Assembly: GCA_001786955.1 (NCBI GenBank) | Contig: MFUM01000005.1 | Coordinates: 24,645 to 88,644, forward strand | Length of the DNA: 64,000 nt | Direction: 5' to 3' | Source: Candidatus Nomurabacteria bacterium RIFCSPHIGHO2_12_FULL_42_19 | GTDB lineage: Bacteria; Patescibacteriota; Minisyncoccia; Phycocordibacterales; UBA9973 | Shown: one piece after another, positions 25,849 through 36,346 of the stretch | How the letters are laid out: every line of letters begins with the position of its first letter | Numbering within the stretch: position 1 is the first letter of the stretch | Position numbers and translations under genes: made by a program | Notes under the pieces: model-generated | Database searches by the model: none | Seen by the model: only the letters and a program-made list of their open reading frames with translations | What the model was told of the DNA's origin: nothing

Positions 25849-28800
25849 ATGGATAATCTTTTTACAAATTATATCCAATCCATCTCTGCTAAGTTTTCGC
25901 ATAGAGAAACAAGTGAAATGGGTTATCGGACAGATTTCGAAATCCTCCTAAAAGGTGTTTTCGAATCAATTAATGTTAAGAGAATTGATCATGATGCAAA
26001 AGCCATACAAGGAAACAAGCCTGACTTCGCTGTGCTTAAAAATGATGTGCCTATTCTGTATATTGAAGCAAAAGATATAGGAGTTTCTTTAGATAAAGTT
26101 GAAAAGTCCGAGCAGATGGCGAGATACTTTGGCTATACAAATTTAGTTCTGACAGATTATGTAGAGTTTCGTTTTTATAGAAACGGTCTTCGTTATGATG
26201 AGCCAATAAAAATAGCAGATTATGATATAAAAAATCGAACAATTACGCCTATTTCGGAAAATTATGAACATGTTGCCAAAACACTCTTGGATTTTACACA
26301 ATCGCAAAAAGAGCCAATACGCTCCGGCAAGCACCTCTCAAAAATTATGGGAGGAAGAGCACAAAGAATTAGAGATAACGTACGACAATTTCTTATTACT
26401 CAATCGGATAAGAACGCAGAGCTAGTTCGCTTGTATGAAACGTTTAAAAAACTTCTAGTTCATGATCTCACAACAGATGCATTTGCCGATATGTATGCGC
26501 AGACTCTTGTGTATGGTTTATTTGTCGCTCGCTATCATGATGAGACTAGAAAAGATTTCTCACGACAAGAAGCACGAGATCTAATACCCAAGTCAAATCC
26601 ACTTCTCCTGCATTTTTTTGACCATATAGTTGGTCCAAATTTTGATAAACGACTTGAATATATCGTTAATGAATTGTGTGAAGTTTTTTCTCATGCTGAT
26701 GTTCAAGAACTAATGAAAGAATATTTTAAGGATGATTTATGGGGTAAAACTCAAAGAGGCCCTGATCCAGTTATTCACTTTTATGAAGATTTTTTGAAAG
26801 AATATGATCCTGATTTACGCAAGAAAATGGGTGCTTACTACACTCCACTACCTATTGTGCAGTTTATTGTGCGTTCTGTTGATTATTTGCTTGAAAAAGA
26901 GTTTAGTCTTATGTCTGGTTTAGCTGACACATCAAAGACAGATGACGGTATTCATAAGGTTCAAATTCTTGATCCAGCCGTAGGAACAGGAACATTTATA
27001 AGTGATATTATAGGGAAAATTTACGAACGAATACTGAAAAGAAAACAGGACGGTAGTTGGCCGGCGTATGTACATCACGACTTGCTTCCACGTTTACATG
27101 GATTTGAGCTTATGATGACGCCATATACCATAGCCCACTTAAAGTTGGGAATGGCTTTTAAGAAAACAGGGTTCAAGTATTTCAATCAACGTCTTGGAAT
27201 TTATCTTACAAATTCCCTTGAAGAAGGTGTTGTACAAGATGGAATGTTTACTGGATTTGGTTTTGCTGAAAGTATTACAGAAGAATCAAAATTGGCATCA
27301 AAAATTAAGAATGATAAACCGATTATGGTTGTCATTGGTAATCCACCATATAGCGTGAGTTCGTCCAACAAAGGTAAATGGATTCAAGATCTCATTAAAG
27401 TTTACAAAAAAGATTTAGGTGAGCGTAAAATTAATCTTGACGACGATTATATTAAATTTATTCGTTTCGCTGAGCATTTTATAGAGAAAAACAAGAGTGG
27501 CATCGTGGCTATGATTACCAACAACTCATTTATTGACGGTATTACTCACCGCCAAATGAGAAAACATCTTCTTGAAACATTTGATGACATTTATATTCTT
27601 GATTTACATGGCAACTCCAAGAAAAAAGAAAAAGCACCTGATGGAGGAAAAGACGAAAATGTTTTTGATATTCAACAGGGTGTTTCAATAAATATTTTTA
27701 TTCGTAAAACCAAGGATAAAAAAAATCTTGGCACTGTCTATCATTCAGAATTTTTTGGAAAGCGTGAAATAAAATTTGAAACGCTCAATGATTCTGATCT
27801 AGATAAAATCAAATGGCAAAAACTTGACTACTCCGAACCATATTATTTTTTTGTGCCGAAAGATTTTAGTGCAAATGAAGAATACGAGAAAGGATTTAAG
27901 GTTGATGAGTTATTTGGTATTTATTCTTCTGGAATCGAGTCAGCAAAGGATGATTTCATTGTTAAGTTTTCTGATAAAGAGGTTCTTGATTTAAGAAATT
28001 TTATTGAAGTTCATTCAGATAAGGAAATATCTGATGCGTATAATCTAAAAATTAACAAAGCTACTCAGGTAAAAAATGATTTCAAAAATATTACAGGCAA
28101 TTATGCAAAATTATCCTACAGACCTTTTGATACTAGGTATACGTTGTATTCATCTAATAGTACAGGTGTTTGGTTTCGACCGAAGTATGAGGTGATGAAA
28201 CATCTAACTAAAAATAATCTAGCTTTATTAACTTGTAGACAGCAGACTAGTTTTGGTTTTCAACATATTTTTGTAGCAAATACTATAGTTGAAAGATGCG
28301 CTGTCTCTCTACAGACAGGAGAAGTTACTTATGCATTTCCTCTCTATCTATATCCCGAAGAAGGTGAAAACCCACGAGTTGGAGAAGCCGGGAACATCCC
28401 CGTTGAGCGTATTTCGAATATTAGTATCTCCATAGCACGGGGTATTGCTAAAAAAATAGGTAGAGTTTGGTATTCGGTCGCTGAATATCCCACCAAGCAG
28501 GGAGATGTCCGACTAACACCTGAAGATATCTTTGATTACATTTATGCAGTTCTACACTCTCCAACATACCGAGAAAAATACAAGGAATTTCTCAAAATAG
28601 ATTTTCCTTGTGTGCCGTATCCAAAAGACAAAAAACAATTTGAGGCACTTGTTATGTTGGGGTGCGAACTAAGAGAAATTCACTTACTTGAATCGTCAAA
28701 AGTCAATAAATTTTTTACAACGTATCCTGTTGTTGGATCTGATATAGTCGAGAAAGTTTCTTACAAAGATGGCAGGGTATGTATCAATGCTGAGCAGTAT

Positions 28801-28998
28801 TTTGGTAATGTCCCGGAAGTTGCCTGGAATTTCTATATTGGCGGCTATCAACCTGCTCAAAAGTGGCTCAAGGATCGCAAAGGTCAAACCCTTTCAAATA
28901 GTGATATTGAGCACTATCAAAAAATGATTGTTGCTTTATTTGAAACAAATAGAATCATGAAGGAAATAGATATTGTAGAAGATTTAAACAAAAAATAA
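25849..28998 (+). CDS. type IIG restriction-modification enzyme (MmeI family: N-terminal PD-ExK nuclease, gamma-class N6-adenine MTase, TRD)
   Basis: PDFAV...IEAKD nuclease motif, motif I ILDPAVGTGTFI, motif IV VVIGNPPYSV. 1049 aa. Confidence 0.75.
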   Translation: MDNLFTNYIQSISAKFSHRETSEMGYRTDFEILLKGVFESINVKRIDHDAKAIQGNKPDFAVLKNDVPILYIEAKDIGVSLDKVEKSEQMARYFGYTNLVLTDYVEFRFYRNGLRYDEPIKIADYDIKNRTITPISENYEHVAKTLLDFTQSQKEPIRSGKHLSKIMGGRAQRIRDNVRQFLITQSDKNAELVRLYETFKKLLVHDLTTDAFADMYAQTLVYGLFVARYHDETRKDFSRQEARDLIPKSNPLLLHFFDHIVGPNFDKRLEYIVNELCEVFSHADVQELMKEYFKDDLWGKTQRGPDPVIHFYEDFLKEYDPDLRKKMGAYYTPLPIVQFIVRSVDYLLEKEFSLMSGLADTSKTDDGIHKVQILDPAVGTGTFISDIIGKIYERILKRKQDGSWPAYVHHDLLPRLHGFELMMTPYTIAHLKLGMAFKKTGFKYFNQRLGIYLTNSLEEGVVQDGMFTGFGFAESITEESKLASKIKNDKPIMVVIGNPPYSVSSSNKGKWIQDLIKVYKKDLGERKINLDDDYIKFIRFAEHFIEKNKSGIVAMITNNSFIDGITHRQMRKHLLETFDDIYILDLHGNSKKKEKAPDGGKDENVFDIQQGVSINIFIRKTKDKKNLGTVYHSEFFGKREIKFETLNDSDLDKIKWQKLDYSEPYYFFVPKDFSANEEYEKGFKVDELFGIYSSGIESAKDDFIVKFSDKEVLDLRNFIEVHSDKEISDAYNLKINKATQVKNDFKNITGNYAKLSYRPFDTRYTLYSSNSTGVWFRPKYEVMKHLTKNNLALLTCRQQTSFGFQHIFVANTIVERCAVSLQTGEVTYAFPLYLYPEEGENPRVGEAGNIPVERISNISISIARGIAKKIGRVWYSVAEYPTKQGDVRLTPEDIFDYIYAVLHSPTYREKYKEFLKIDFPCVPYPKDKKQFEALVMLGCELREIHLLESSKVNKFFTTYPVVGSDIVEKVSYKDGRVCINAEQYFGNVPEVAWNFYIGGYQPAQKWLKDRKGQTLSNSDIEHYQKMIVALFETNRIMKEIDIVEDLNKK

Positions 28999-29002
28999 AT
29001 TT

Positions 29003-31828
29003 ATGGAAAAAAAAGTTATAGAACAAATAAAACAAAAATTTACTGTTCTTCAAGATAAACCTCTAGAAAATGGTGAAATTGATAGTTTTGGTCATGGAGA
29101 AATTGCGAATAGTGTCATAGAGGTAATTAGAAATGCACCTCGTCCTTTCAATATTGGAATATATGGACAGTGGGGAGTAGGAAAAAGCACGATATGCAAA
29201 ATTATCGAGGGTAGGTTATCAAAAGAAGAGGGTTATAAGGTAGTTTATTTTGATACATGGAAATATGAAAGAGATTCATTCCGCAGACAATTTCTTATAA
29301 CCCTTGATCAAGATCTAGAATTAGGTTTCAATTACAAAGAAACACTAAATCAATCACTCTCAATCCCGTTTAATTTAAGCTGGACGGAAAGTATAAAACT
29401 TGCGCTAGGTGGTTTTTTATTTAGAACTTTCGGTATTTTGATAATAGCCTTGGTAATTATTTTTATTTTTCAACAGAGCATATTCCCTTTCTTTATTTCG
29501 ACAGATTACACTGGGCTAGCAAGACGAGTTATAGATTTAGGAATAATTGGGGTACTTCTTGCATTTATATTAGATACAATAAAGCAATTTCGAGGAGAGA
29601 AAACCATAGATAAAACAGACTCAGCAGAAGGGTTTGAGGAATATTTTGCTAAAGTTCTAAAAGAAATAAAGAAAAAAGATTTATTAGTAATAATAGATAA
29701 CTTAGATCGTCTTTCAAGTGAAAAAGCAGTTGGTCTACTTAGTGACATAAAAACTTTTCTTTCAGACGAAAAGTACTCTTTTCAAGGTAGTAAAATTGAG
29801 AATAGAGCTGTTTTTATAATACCTTGTGATAATAAAGCAATAAATGATCAACTTATAAACGAGTATGGAGAGGACTTTGACACTGAAGAATATTTAAGAA
29901 AGTTTTTTAATCACTCTATACAAATACCAAAATTTCTTAATATTGAACTAGATGATTTCATAGTAGGTAAACTAAACACCACTAAAATTATTGAGTTTAA
30001 AGATAACTATGACCTAGTTTTTATTTTGAGCTATGCATTTAGAAATAATCCGAGAGAAATAATACAATTCATCAATTCCTTAATTTCTCTTTACCTACTT
30101 GCAAAGGAACGAGAAATTAAGCGAGTGATTGAAGCAGATCATATTGCATTTCTAGCAAAAGTGCTAGTTCTTCGTGTAAAATGGCCCAGGTTATACGACA
30201 AAATAGAAGACAGAGTTTTGAGAACTGGAGATAAATTATTAGAGATTGTATCGAGAATTAAAGAAAATGAAGACAAGGTAGAAAAAATAAATCTAGATAA
30301 TTTTCTTCGTGTTACTTCTCACATAAACGATGATGAATACCAAGATATTTATTTCTCTCTAAGACAAAGTGAGGCACAAAAAACTATACCAGAGTGGAAT
30401 AGTTTTGTAATTTCTCTTTTAGAAAATCGTAAGGCTGATGCTGGAAAAATTTATACTGGAGTTAAATCCAATAATAAACTTTATCAATTAGGTCAGCTTT
30501 TGGCGGATTATTGTAGACGAAATATACAAAATGAAAATCTGCTCTTTAATATTTTTTCAACAGTCCATCAAATTATTCAAGTAGAAGATCTTAAATACTT
30601 TCAAGATGTATTTTTATTAACATTCAAAAATGTTAATAGTGGAAGATTTAGTTCATCAATAGATACCATTGATCTTTCTAATTTATTTAGTAAAGGACTA
30701 GATGGTGTATCTTCAGCAAACAAAAAAGAGTTTAGCCAAAATCTTGTATCAACAATTAGAAATATTGCTTCAACAGATACTGTCGAAAGAGAAAAAATAA
30801 AATATATAAAAAAACTTTTTGAAATTATTAATCAAGATGAGAATAAAGATAACTTTAAAACAAGAAATAATGAAATTGGAGACGAAAAAAGAAATTTAAT
30901 TGGACACTTAAAACATCAGGAATTATTTCCTGAAATCCAAAAAGAGGACAAATTCCGTAAAGATATACTTAATGATATTTTATATATATTAACAACACTG
31001 GGTCCTACAAACAACAAGCACTACAATGTAGGGTTAACTCTGTTCGGAAACTTATTGCAATGGCCTCCTATAGTCGAAAATAATGATGTACGTTTTAATG
31101 TTTTAGAAAAAAGTTTAGATTTTTTAAATAAATCACAGCCGCCATCATCTGATGATGGAACCGTAGGAACTATTCTAAACACATTCACTACAAGAATATC
31201 AACTTGGTATTCCACCAATAAATCACCTGCAGAAAGATCAATATGTGTTAAAATATTTCAAAAAATTAATCTAGATATAAATATAAACAAAGAACCGGCG
31301 TCCAAAACCCATCAATATATAACTGAAACCAGTAATACTTCTGACGTTATTTTAGAAACACTTGGCAAGGATTTTTTTACCAACAACGAAAATGCTAGAA
31401 AGGGTTTAATAGGTAGAAGCAGAACAACTCTTGATTTATTGAACAAACTTCCCTTAAAGAAAAAACTTACTAATGAGGAAAAAGTTGATATTCTTGCCCA
31501 TTTAATTGGAAACGCTAAAGAAGCCCTTTCTTTCTTAGAGTATGTTGATTACAGTATTCCGCTTGAACGTAATAGCGATACTAATTTTTTGAAAAATATT
31601 ATTCAACAAATGATAAACGCAAGTAGCTTCTCCGATACAAATCTATTGGCAAAATGGCTGGAAGCTATTAATAAATTAGGTATTCATGTAGATCAAGTTG
31701 ATTCACTTGTTCAAAAGATGAGACAGTCTCGTAATTTATCGGGACAGCATAAACAGGTCATCGCTGACTTTGTGTTAAGACAATCGAAGGACTTCGGCGA
31801 TCTTGTAGTTAAAGAATTTCAGAGTTAA
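29003..31828 (+). CDS. KAP-family P-loop NTPase with TM insertion
   Basis: DSFGHGEIANSV...IGIYGQWGVGKST (KAP Walker A), two TM helices inserted before Walker B LLVIIDNLDR. 4-bp gap to the upstream RM gene. Confidence 0.8.
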   Translation: MEKKVIEQIKQKFTVLQDKPLENGEIDSFGHGEIANSVIEVIRNAPRPFNIGIYGQWGVGKSTICKIIEGRLSKEEGYKVVYFDTWKYERDSFRRQFLITLDQDLELGFNYKETLNQSLSIPFNLSWTESIKLALGGFLFRTFGILIIALVIIFIFQQSIFPFFISTDYTGLARRVIDLGIIGVLLAFILDTIKQFRGEKTIDKTDSAEGFEEYFAKVLKEIKKKDLLVIIDNLDRLSSEKAVGLLSDIKTFLSDEKYSFQGSKIENRAVFIIPCDNKAINDQLINEYGEDFDTEEYLRKFFNHSIQIPKFLNIELDDFIVGKLNTTKIIEFKDNYDLVFILSYAFRNNPREIIQFINSLISLYLLAKEREIKRVIEADHIAFLAKVLVLRVKWPRLYDKIEDRVLRTGDKLLEIVSRIKENEDKVEKINLDNFLRVTSHINDDEYQDIYFSLRQSEAQKTIPEWNSFVISLLENRKADAGKIYTGVKSNNKLYQLGQLLADYCRRNIQNENLLFNIFSTVHQIIQVEDLKYFQDVFLLTFKNVNSGRFSSSIDTIDLSNLFSKGLDGVSSANKKEFSQNLVSTIRNIASTDTVEREKIKYIKKLFEIINQDENKDNFKTRNNEIGDEKRNLIGHLKHQELFPEIQKEDKFRKDILNDILYILTTLGPTNNKHYNVGLTLFGNLLQWPPIVENNDVRFNVLEKSLDFLNKSQPPSSDDGTVGTILNTFTTRISTWYSTNKSPAERSICVKIFQKINLDININKEPASKTHQYITETSNTSDVILETLGKDFFTNNENARKGLIGRSRTTLDLLNKLPLKKKLTNEEKVDILAHLIGNAKEALSFLEYVDYSIPLERNSDTNFLKNIIQQMINASSFSDTNLLAKWLEAINKLGIHVDQVDSLVQKMRQSRNLSGQHKQVIADFVLRQSKDFGDLVVKEFQS

Positions 31829-31878
31829 AATTGTCAAAACTTTTATTGATTATTAAAAAGCTTAGTAATTAATTTCCC

Positions 31879-32478
31879 TTACTCTCTAAAAAATTCTCCT
31901 GATCTTGTGCTAGCAGGGGTCTCAAGAATAACCTCAGGTATCATGCCTGAAATATATCCACGCAATTTTACAATTGAATGACTACTATTATCACATCTTT
32001 GGTAAAGCATTTCTGCTAGACCAAATTCTCCTTTACCATCTTTGTGTAGAAATTGCATTGATGCCATTGCATCGTAATAGTATTGTGCTCCTGAGAGCCA
32101 AAGCTGTGATAGCCAATCAGGCATCTTCTCGTACTGGTATTTTGAAAGTCTCAAATCACTCGGATTTCTAGTTTTTGTTTTAGAAAGTTCTTCCAAGATG
32201 CCGTGATCTTTTTTTGTGAATGCTTCTTCGAGTTTTTTACTTCTTTTCTCTAAATCCTCTTGCCAGTGTTTTAATTCAACTTCTACCTCAATAATCCACT
32301 CAAATTTGGGGAGTAACGATATCTGACGATTCACCTTTTCTTGATCAATACTTTTCTTTGTCTCTAAGAGCGTATCTCTTGTAAGGCGTGCTTGGTAGAT
32401 AGTAAAACCAAGTGCAAGAAGTGTCGCAAGCGAGGTTATTATCGTGATTATATCTATAGTATTCAAATATGTTTCCAT
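31879..32478 (-). CDS. hypothetical protein with an N-terminal TM anchor
   Basis: 199 aa, TM at residues ~8-30, coiled-coil. Confidence 0.4.
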   Translation of the reverse strand: METYLNTIDIITIITSLATLLALGFTIYQARLTRDTLLETKKSIDQEKVNRQISLLPKFEWIIEVEVELKHWQEDLEKRSKKLEEAFTKKDHGILEELSKTKTRNPSDLRLSKYQYEKMPDWLSQLWLSGAQYYYDAMASMQFLHKDGKGEFGLAEMLYQRCDNSSHSIVKLRGYISGMIPEVILETPASTRSGEFFRE

Positions 32479-32579
32479 ATTTCTATTTTACTACATATAC
32501 ACAACTTCTGATACAATACATTTATCTTAGCAAGTTATTTTTAACTAATTATCATAAATTTCTAAAAAATTCATCAACT

Positions 32580-32825
32580 ATGTATTACCTATATATCCTC
32601 AAATGTGCTGATAAAACTTTATATACTGGAATTACCACAGACCTGAAACGAAGAATTCTTGAACATAACAGCACCAAGTTGGGAGCAAAATATACTTCTT
32701 CTCGAAGACCTGTAAAAATGGTTCTCTGTAAAAAATTTAAAAACAGATCTTCTGCTTCTAAAGAAGAGGCTCGAATCAAAAAGCTGAAAAAACCTAAAAA
32801 ATTAGAGTTAATTAAAAAATCTTAA
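32580..32825 (+). CDS. small GIY-YIG nuclease superfamily protein (YhbQ-like)
   Basis: YYLYILKCADKTLYTGIT...R..EHN. The annotated upstream start at 32469 is unlikely. Confidence 0.7.
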   Translation: MYYLYILKCADKTLYTGITTDLKRRILEHNSTKLGAKYTSSRRPVKMVLCKKFKNRSSASKEEARIKKLKKPKKLELIKKS

Positions 32826-32868
32826 AAAACTAACATTTGTAATTTTTGGTGTGATATTCAGTAAAGAA

Positions 32869-33441
32869 TTACTTATCCTTACTCTCGTCATCCTCATCTT
32901 CAAAAAACTGAAGTCTTTTATCAGACTCCGAACCGCCTTCTTCTTTTTCATTCTCTCGTTCTAGTATTCTTTTAACTTGTCCTCTCGCTCCTTCGGGACC
33001 ATCTTCCAACTTGGCAACGGCTATTTCCGCCAATTGTTGCTCTGCCACATTTCTTTCTTCAACACTTGGTCTATCGGAGACAATTTCATATTCGTGAATA
33101 AATCGATTGACAGTAGTGTATTTGGGATGGTTGTGTTGTAGCCAGAATTTTATGGCTTTTAAGTCGTCATCCTGGATTAATCGTACAAGTCTGGACTCGG
33201 CTATATCGTTAATAAAGAATTGTCCCGCTTCAAGAGCCCGGCCAGCTGCTCGCGCGAACACATTATCGTTCGCGCGCCATTTGTAGTAGGTTGAACGACC
33301 GACACCTGTGCGTTCGCAGGCAAGCTGAACTATTCCAGCCCTTCGAAGCTCTTTCAGTAAAGCTTTTTTTTGTTTCTCAGTCTCAACTGCCAGTGTCGCC
33401 AATCTTTTTTCCTCTTTAGTGAATTTTTCATTATTCAACAT
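32869..33441 (-). CDS. HTH DNA-binding protein, phage-like (possible terminase small subunit or transposase-type HTH), acidic C-terminus
   Basis: GVGRSTYYKWR HTH motif, Asp/Glu-rich tail. Confidence 0.5.
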   Translation of the reverse strand: MLNNEKFTKEEKRLATLAVETEKQKKALLKELRRAGIVQLACERTGVGRSTYYKWRANDNVFARAAGRALEAGQFFINDIAESRLVRLIQDDDLKAIKFWLQHNHPKYTTVNRFIHEYEIVSDRPSVEERNVAEQQLAEIAVAKLEDGPEGARGQVKRILERENEKEEGGSESDKRLQFFEDEDDESKDK

Positions 33442-33452
33442 AAAGAGTTTTA

Positions 33453-34778
33453 TTAGTTAATTTTAATGGCTTTTTTGCCGGTGTGTTTTTCCCAGCGTTG
33501 TTTGATGATCTCCGTATACACCGAAGATTTTTCCATAACTCTGCATTTTCGACCGAGCTTCAGACAAGCTATAAGAGTTGATCCGCTACCCCCGAATGGC
33601 TCCAGGACTAAGTCGTCACGTTTCGTAAGAACCTTTATGTATGGGATAAGTAATTCTAGGGGTTTGGTCCCGAATATGATATCTTGCCCGGAAGATTTCT
33701 TATCAGCGGCGATATGGGTGATAAAATCAGTGGGACAATACTTTTTACCTTTACCGTAGCTCTCCCATGTAGGACTTCCGGTTGTGGCAAAAAGAGCATT
33801 ATCATATTCATTTTGGAACAACGGTTCTGTTTCAGGATCTAGGTTGAGTTCAATCTCACCGCCAGTACCGACAAGAACAATATCATGCTTGTTGAAGAAT
33901 TTATACTTTGCGGAAAAACCCTGCATTCTGTTAGGCACGTGCCAGATGATAGTGTTACGATATTTCCAATATTTCTCAAGGGCATTCCAAATAGTTCTAA
34001 GGTTTTTTGGGTTCTCAAAAACAATAATTGAGAAGTCGGGCTTCTGAACTTTCGAGACATTTTCCATCCATAGATCGGTAAAGTTATCAGGTAAAGATTC
34101 CGTTTCAAGATAGCGACGATTCTTCTTTGCACCAAAGCCGGTAGTTACACCGTCTTTCTGTTTAGTTTTACCTCGGAGATAGTCTAAAATATATGGAGGA
34201 TCCGTAAAGCACATGTCGGCTTTTACTCCTTCCATTAACTTGAGCATATCTGTCTCGACACAGCTGTCTCCGCACATGACAAATGATCCCTCGATTTCGT
34301 AGATATCACCCTTTTGAACGGTGATTTTCTTGATATCCATTTTTTCAAGTTCTTTCTCGAGATTAAAATGTTCGGGAGTTGTATCAACATCAAAGATTGA
34401 GTCAAGTTCTTCCGTGGTGAAACCAACATCACAAAGAAATTCTTCCCCAAAATCTTTAAGTAAGGTGAAGTCAAATTCGCCTAGATTTTTATTAAGACGA
34501 ACATTCAACTCTTTTTCCATTTCAATGTCAGGAATGTTTACATAGACTACAGGAATCTCCTTATAGCCAAGTTCAGTTGCGACCTTGAGTCTAAAATGTC
34601 CTCCGATAAGGACATTCTCACGTCCCGGGGCATTATTGGCTAATAGGGGGTCAACACACCCAAAACGAGTAATACTTTCACGAAGTGCGTTAGTCTGCGC
34701 CTCATTCCATTTTCGTGGATTATAGGTTGACGGCTTTAGAGAACCGATGGAAACATACACAATTTTTAAATTATCCAT
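33453..34778 (-). CDS. ParB-like nuclease domain fused to an N4/N6 DNA methyltransferase (phage-type)
   Basis: ParB N-domain (GGHFRLKVATELGYKEIPV), MTase motif IV FTDPPY, motif I LEPFGGSGST. Confidence 0.8.
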   Translation of the reverse strand: MDNLKIVYVSIGSLKPSTYNPRKWNEAQTNALRESITRFGCVDPLLANNAPGRENVLIGGHFRLKVATELGYKEIPVVYVNIPDIEMEKELNVRLNKNLGEFDFTLLKDFGEEFLCDVGFTTEELDSIFDVDTTPEHFNLEKELEKMDIKKITVQKGDIYEIEGSFVMCGDSCVETDMLKLMEGVKADMCFTDPPYILDYLRGKTKQKDGVTTGFGAKKNRRYLETESLPDNFTDLWMENVSKVQKPDFSIIVFENPKNLRTIWNALEKYWKYRNTIIWHVPNRMQGFSAKYKFFNKHDIVLVGTGGEIELNLDPETEPLFQNEYDNALFATTGSPTWESYGKGKKYCPTDFITHIAADKKSSGQDIIFGTKPLELLIPYIKVLTKRDDLVLEPFGGSGSTLIACLKLGRKCRVMEKSSVYTEIIKQRWEKHTGKKAIKIN

Positions 34779-35498
34779 AAACTAATTCTTAGATTAACTA
34801 ATAAATTAGTTCTTTCACTAGATTTTGATTTTTTATCTGCAACTAAAAAATCGCAATCAAGAACCAACAAACAAATTAATGTTTATTGAGCCTCGATTGC
34901 GATCTGTGGTAAATTTTTTCCAGGCACGATGACCCTCGGAACTTACAACTTGGATTTCGCAACCCAATCGACATCCCTTTCGAAAATTTTCTTGCCATTC
35001 GGCTTTTCGTTGGGACTATCTACTCTCCCTGAGAGAGTAAGGTTTAAAACTTTTTTCATGAAAAGAACTGCCAAAATTGTATCAAGCCAAAAAATCTAAT
35101 GCAAATTTATTTTTTTCCTTTTTTATGTCAATACTGTCAGCAATGTAAACAGCGTCAAAAAATATCTCAAAATAGCCCCAACATATCTATCTATTTTAGA
35201 AGTACCTTGTGAAAAAAGTTATCCACAGATGTCTTTAATTTCGCTACACAAATCACATGATCTAAGCTAAGATGGCACGGTCTCTTTAAAAGAGGTATAA
35301 TTTTCTTTACAAATCAATATGCGACCTAACCCCTTGGAATCTCTAAGGATATGGTCAAAAGTCGTATGAAGCATAAAGAACCCGTCATGGGGTCGCTTCA
35401 TACGCCGTATAGGGAAACCTATATGAGAGGCTTAGGTCTCTACCCGTGATGGGCTTTTTGCGTCTTATCTCGGTAGTTACCAAAACGCAAAAATCTTT
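34779..35498. other. 720-bp ORF-free structured region. It contains a GGTATAAT -10-like element (35294-35301) and a ~190-nt hairpin-rich leader upstream of the 35499 CDS
   Basis: No ORF of 60 aa or more on either strand. Hairpins at 35364-35403 and 35455-35491. Repeated ACCCGT(C/G)ATGGG mini-hairpin. Confidence 0.5.
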
Positions 35499-36089
35499 AT
35501 GTATAAAAGAATTGAAGTAAAAAAACTTTCTGGAGGTGAAATATTTAAAAATGTTGGAGACAAAAAATTCTCCGTGCTTGAATTTTGGCGATATGGATTT
35601 TCCAACCTCAACTCAAATGTTCTGCGAGGTGCACTGGCAGAATTTATTTTAGAAAATGCATTAAAAATAGACAGCGAAATTGATGTTCGTAATCCATGGG
35701 GTGATTCAGATGTAATTTCTCCAAATAGAAAAAAGATTGAAGTAAAATGCTGTTCATATATTCAAGACTGGGATCAAAACAATTTATCAAAGATTCTTTG
35801 GAGTGGACTTAAAGCTAAAAGCCTCTATTGGTCATCAGCAGTTAGTGCTTTTCCAAGGAGTCCGGAAGATTATAAATCAGATATTTACGTACTCGCACTT
35901 TTCAAACACCAAGATCCTGCAACATTGGACATCCTTGATATGGATCAATGGTGTTTTTGGGTACTGACGAAAGACAAAATTAAAGAGATAACAAAAAATG
36001 GTAATAGTGTTTCACTTATCAAACTTCAAAAATTTAAGATTGAATCAATATCTTTTGGTAGTTTGAATAAAGCGATACTAGATTTATAA
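35499..36089 (+). CDS. hypothetical protein with a PD-(D/E)xK-like nuclease motif
   Basis: LAEF...GDSDVIS...KIEVKC is consistent with E/D...ExK. There is no further similarity. Confidence 0.4.
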   Translation: MYKRIEVKKLSGGEIFKNVGDKKFSVLEFWRYGFSNLNSNVLRGALAEFILENALKIDSEIDVRNPWGDSDVISPNRKKIEVKCCSYIQDWDQNNLSKILWSGLKAKSLYWSSAVSAFPRSPEDYKSDIYVLALFKHQDPATLDILDMDQWCFWVLTKDKIKEITKNGNSVSLIKLQKFKIESISFGSLNKAILDL

Positions 36090-36100
36090 TAAATGTTATC

Positions 36101-36343
36101 ATGAATAGTATGAATTTTGGAATTAAACAACCCATAAAAGTGAAGAGAATTCTTGATAAGGAACCAGGCAAGGATGGTTTCTCTGTTGAGTTAGAGAATG
36201 GTGAAATAGTGAATATATCACTTACTCAGTGGAATAGTGAAGATTATAAAACAAAAAATATTGAAGAAACACTATTTTCAACAACCAAAGGATATATTAT
36301 CTCTTTTTCTAAACAACAGACAGCCGTCATTAGTTGTTTTTAA
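36101..36343 (+). CDS. hypothetical small protein
   Basis: 80 aa, co-directional between the two nuclease-like genes. Confidence 0.35.
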   Translation: MNSMNFGIKQPIKVKRILDKEPGKDGFSVELENGEIVNISLTQWNSEDYKTKNIEETLFSTTKGYIISFSKQQTAVISCF

Positions 36344-36346
36344 TTT

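Noticed and set aside
34779-35498. The 720-bp ORF-free region considered as a decayed pseudogene
   Set aside because: Not rejected outright. I could not find frame-interrupted remnants of a recognisable protein by eye. A pseudogene remains possible and is listed as the main alternative in the finding.
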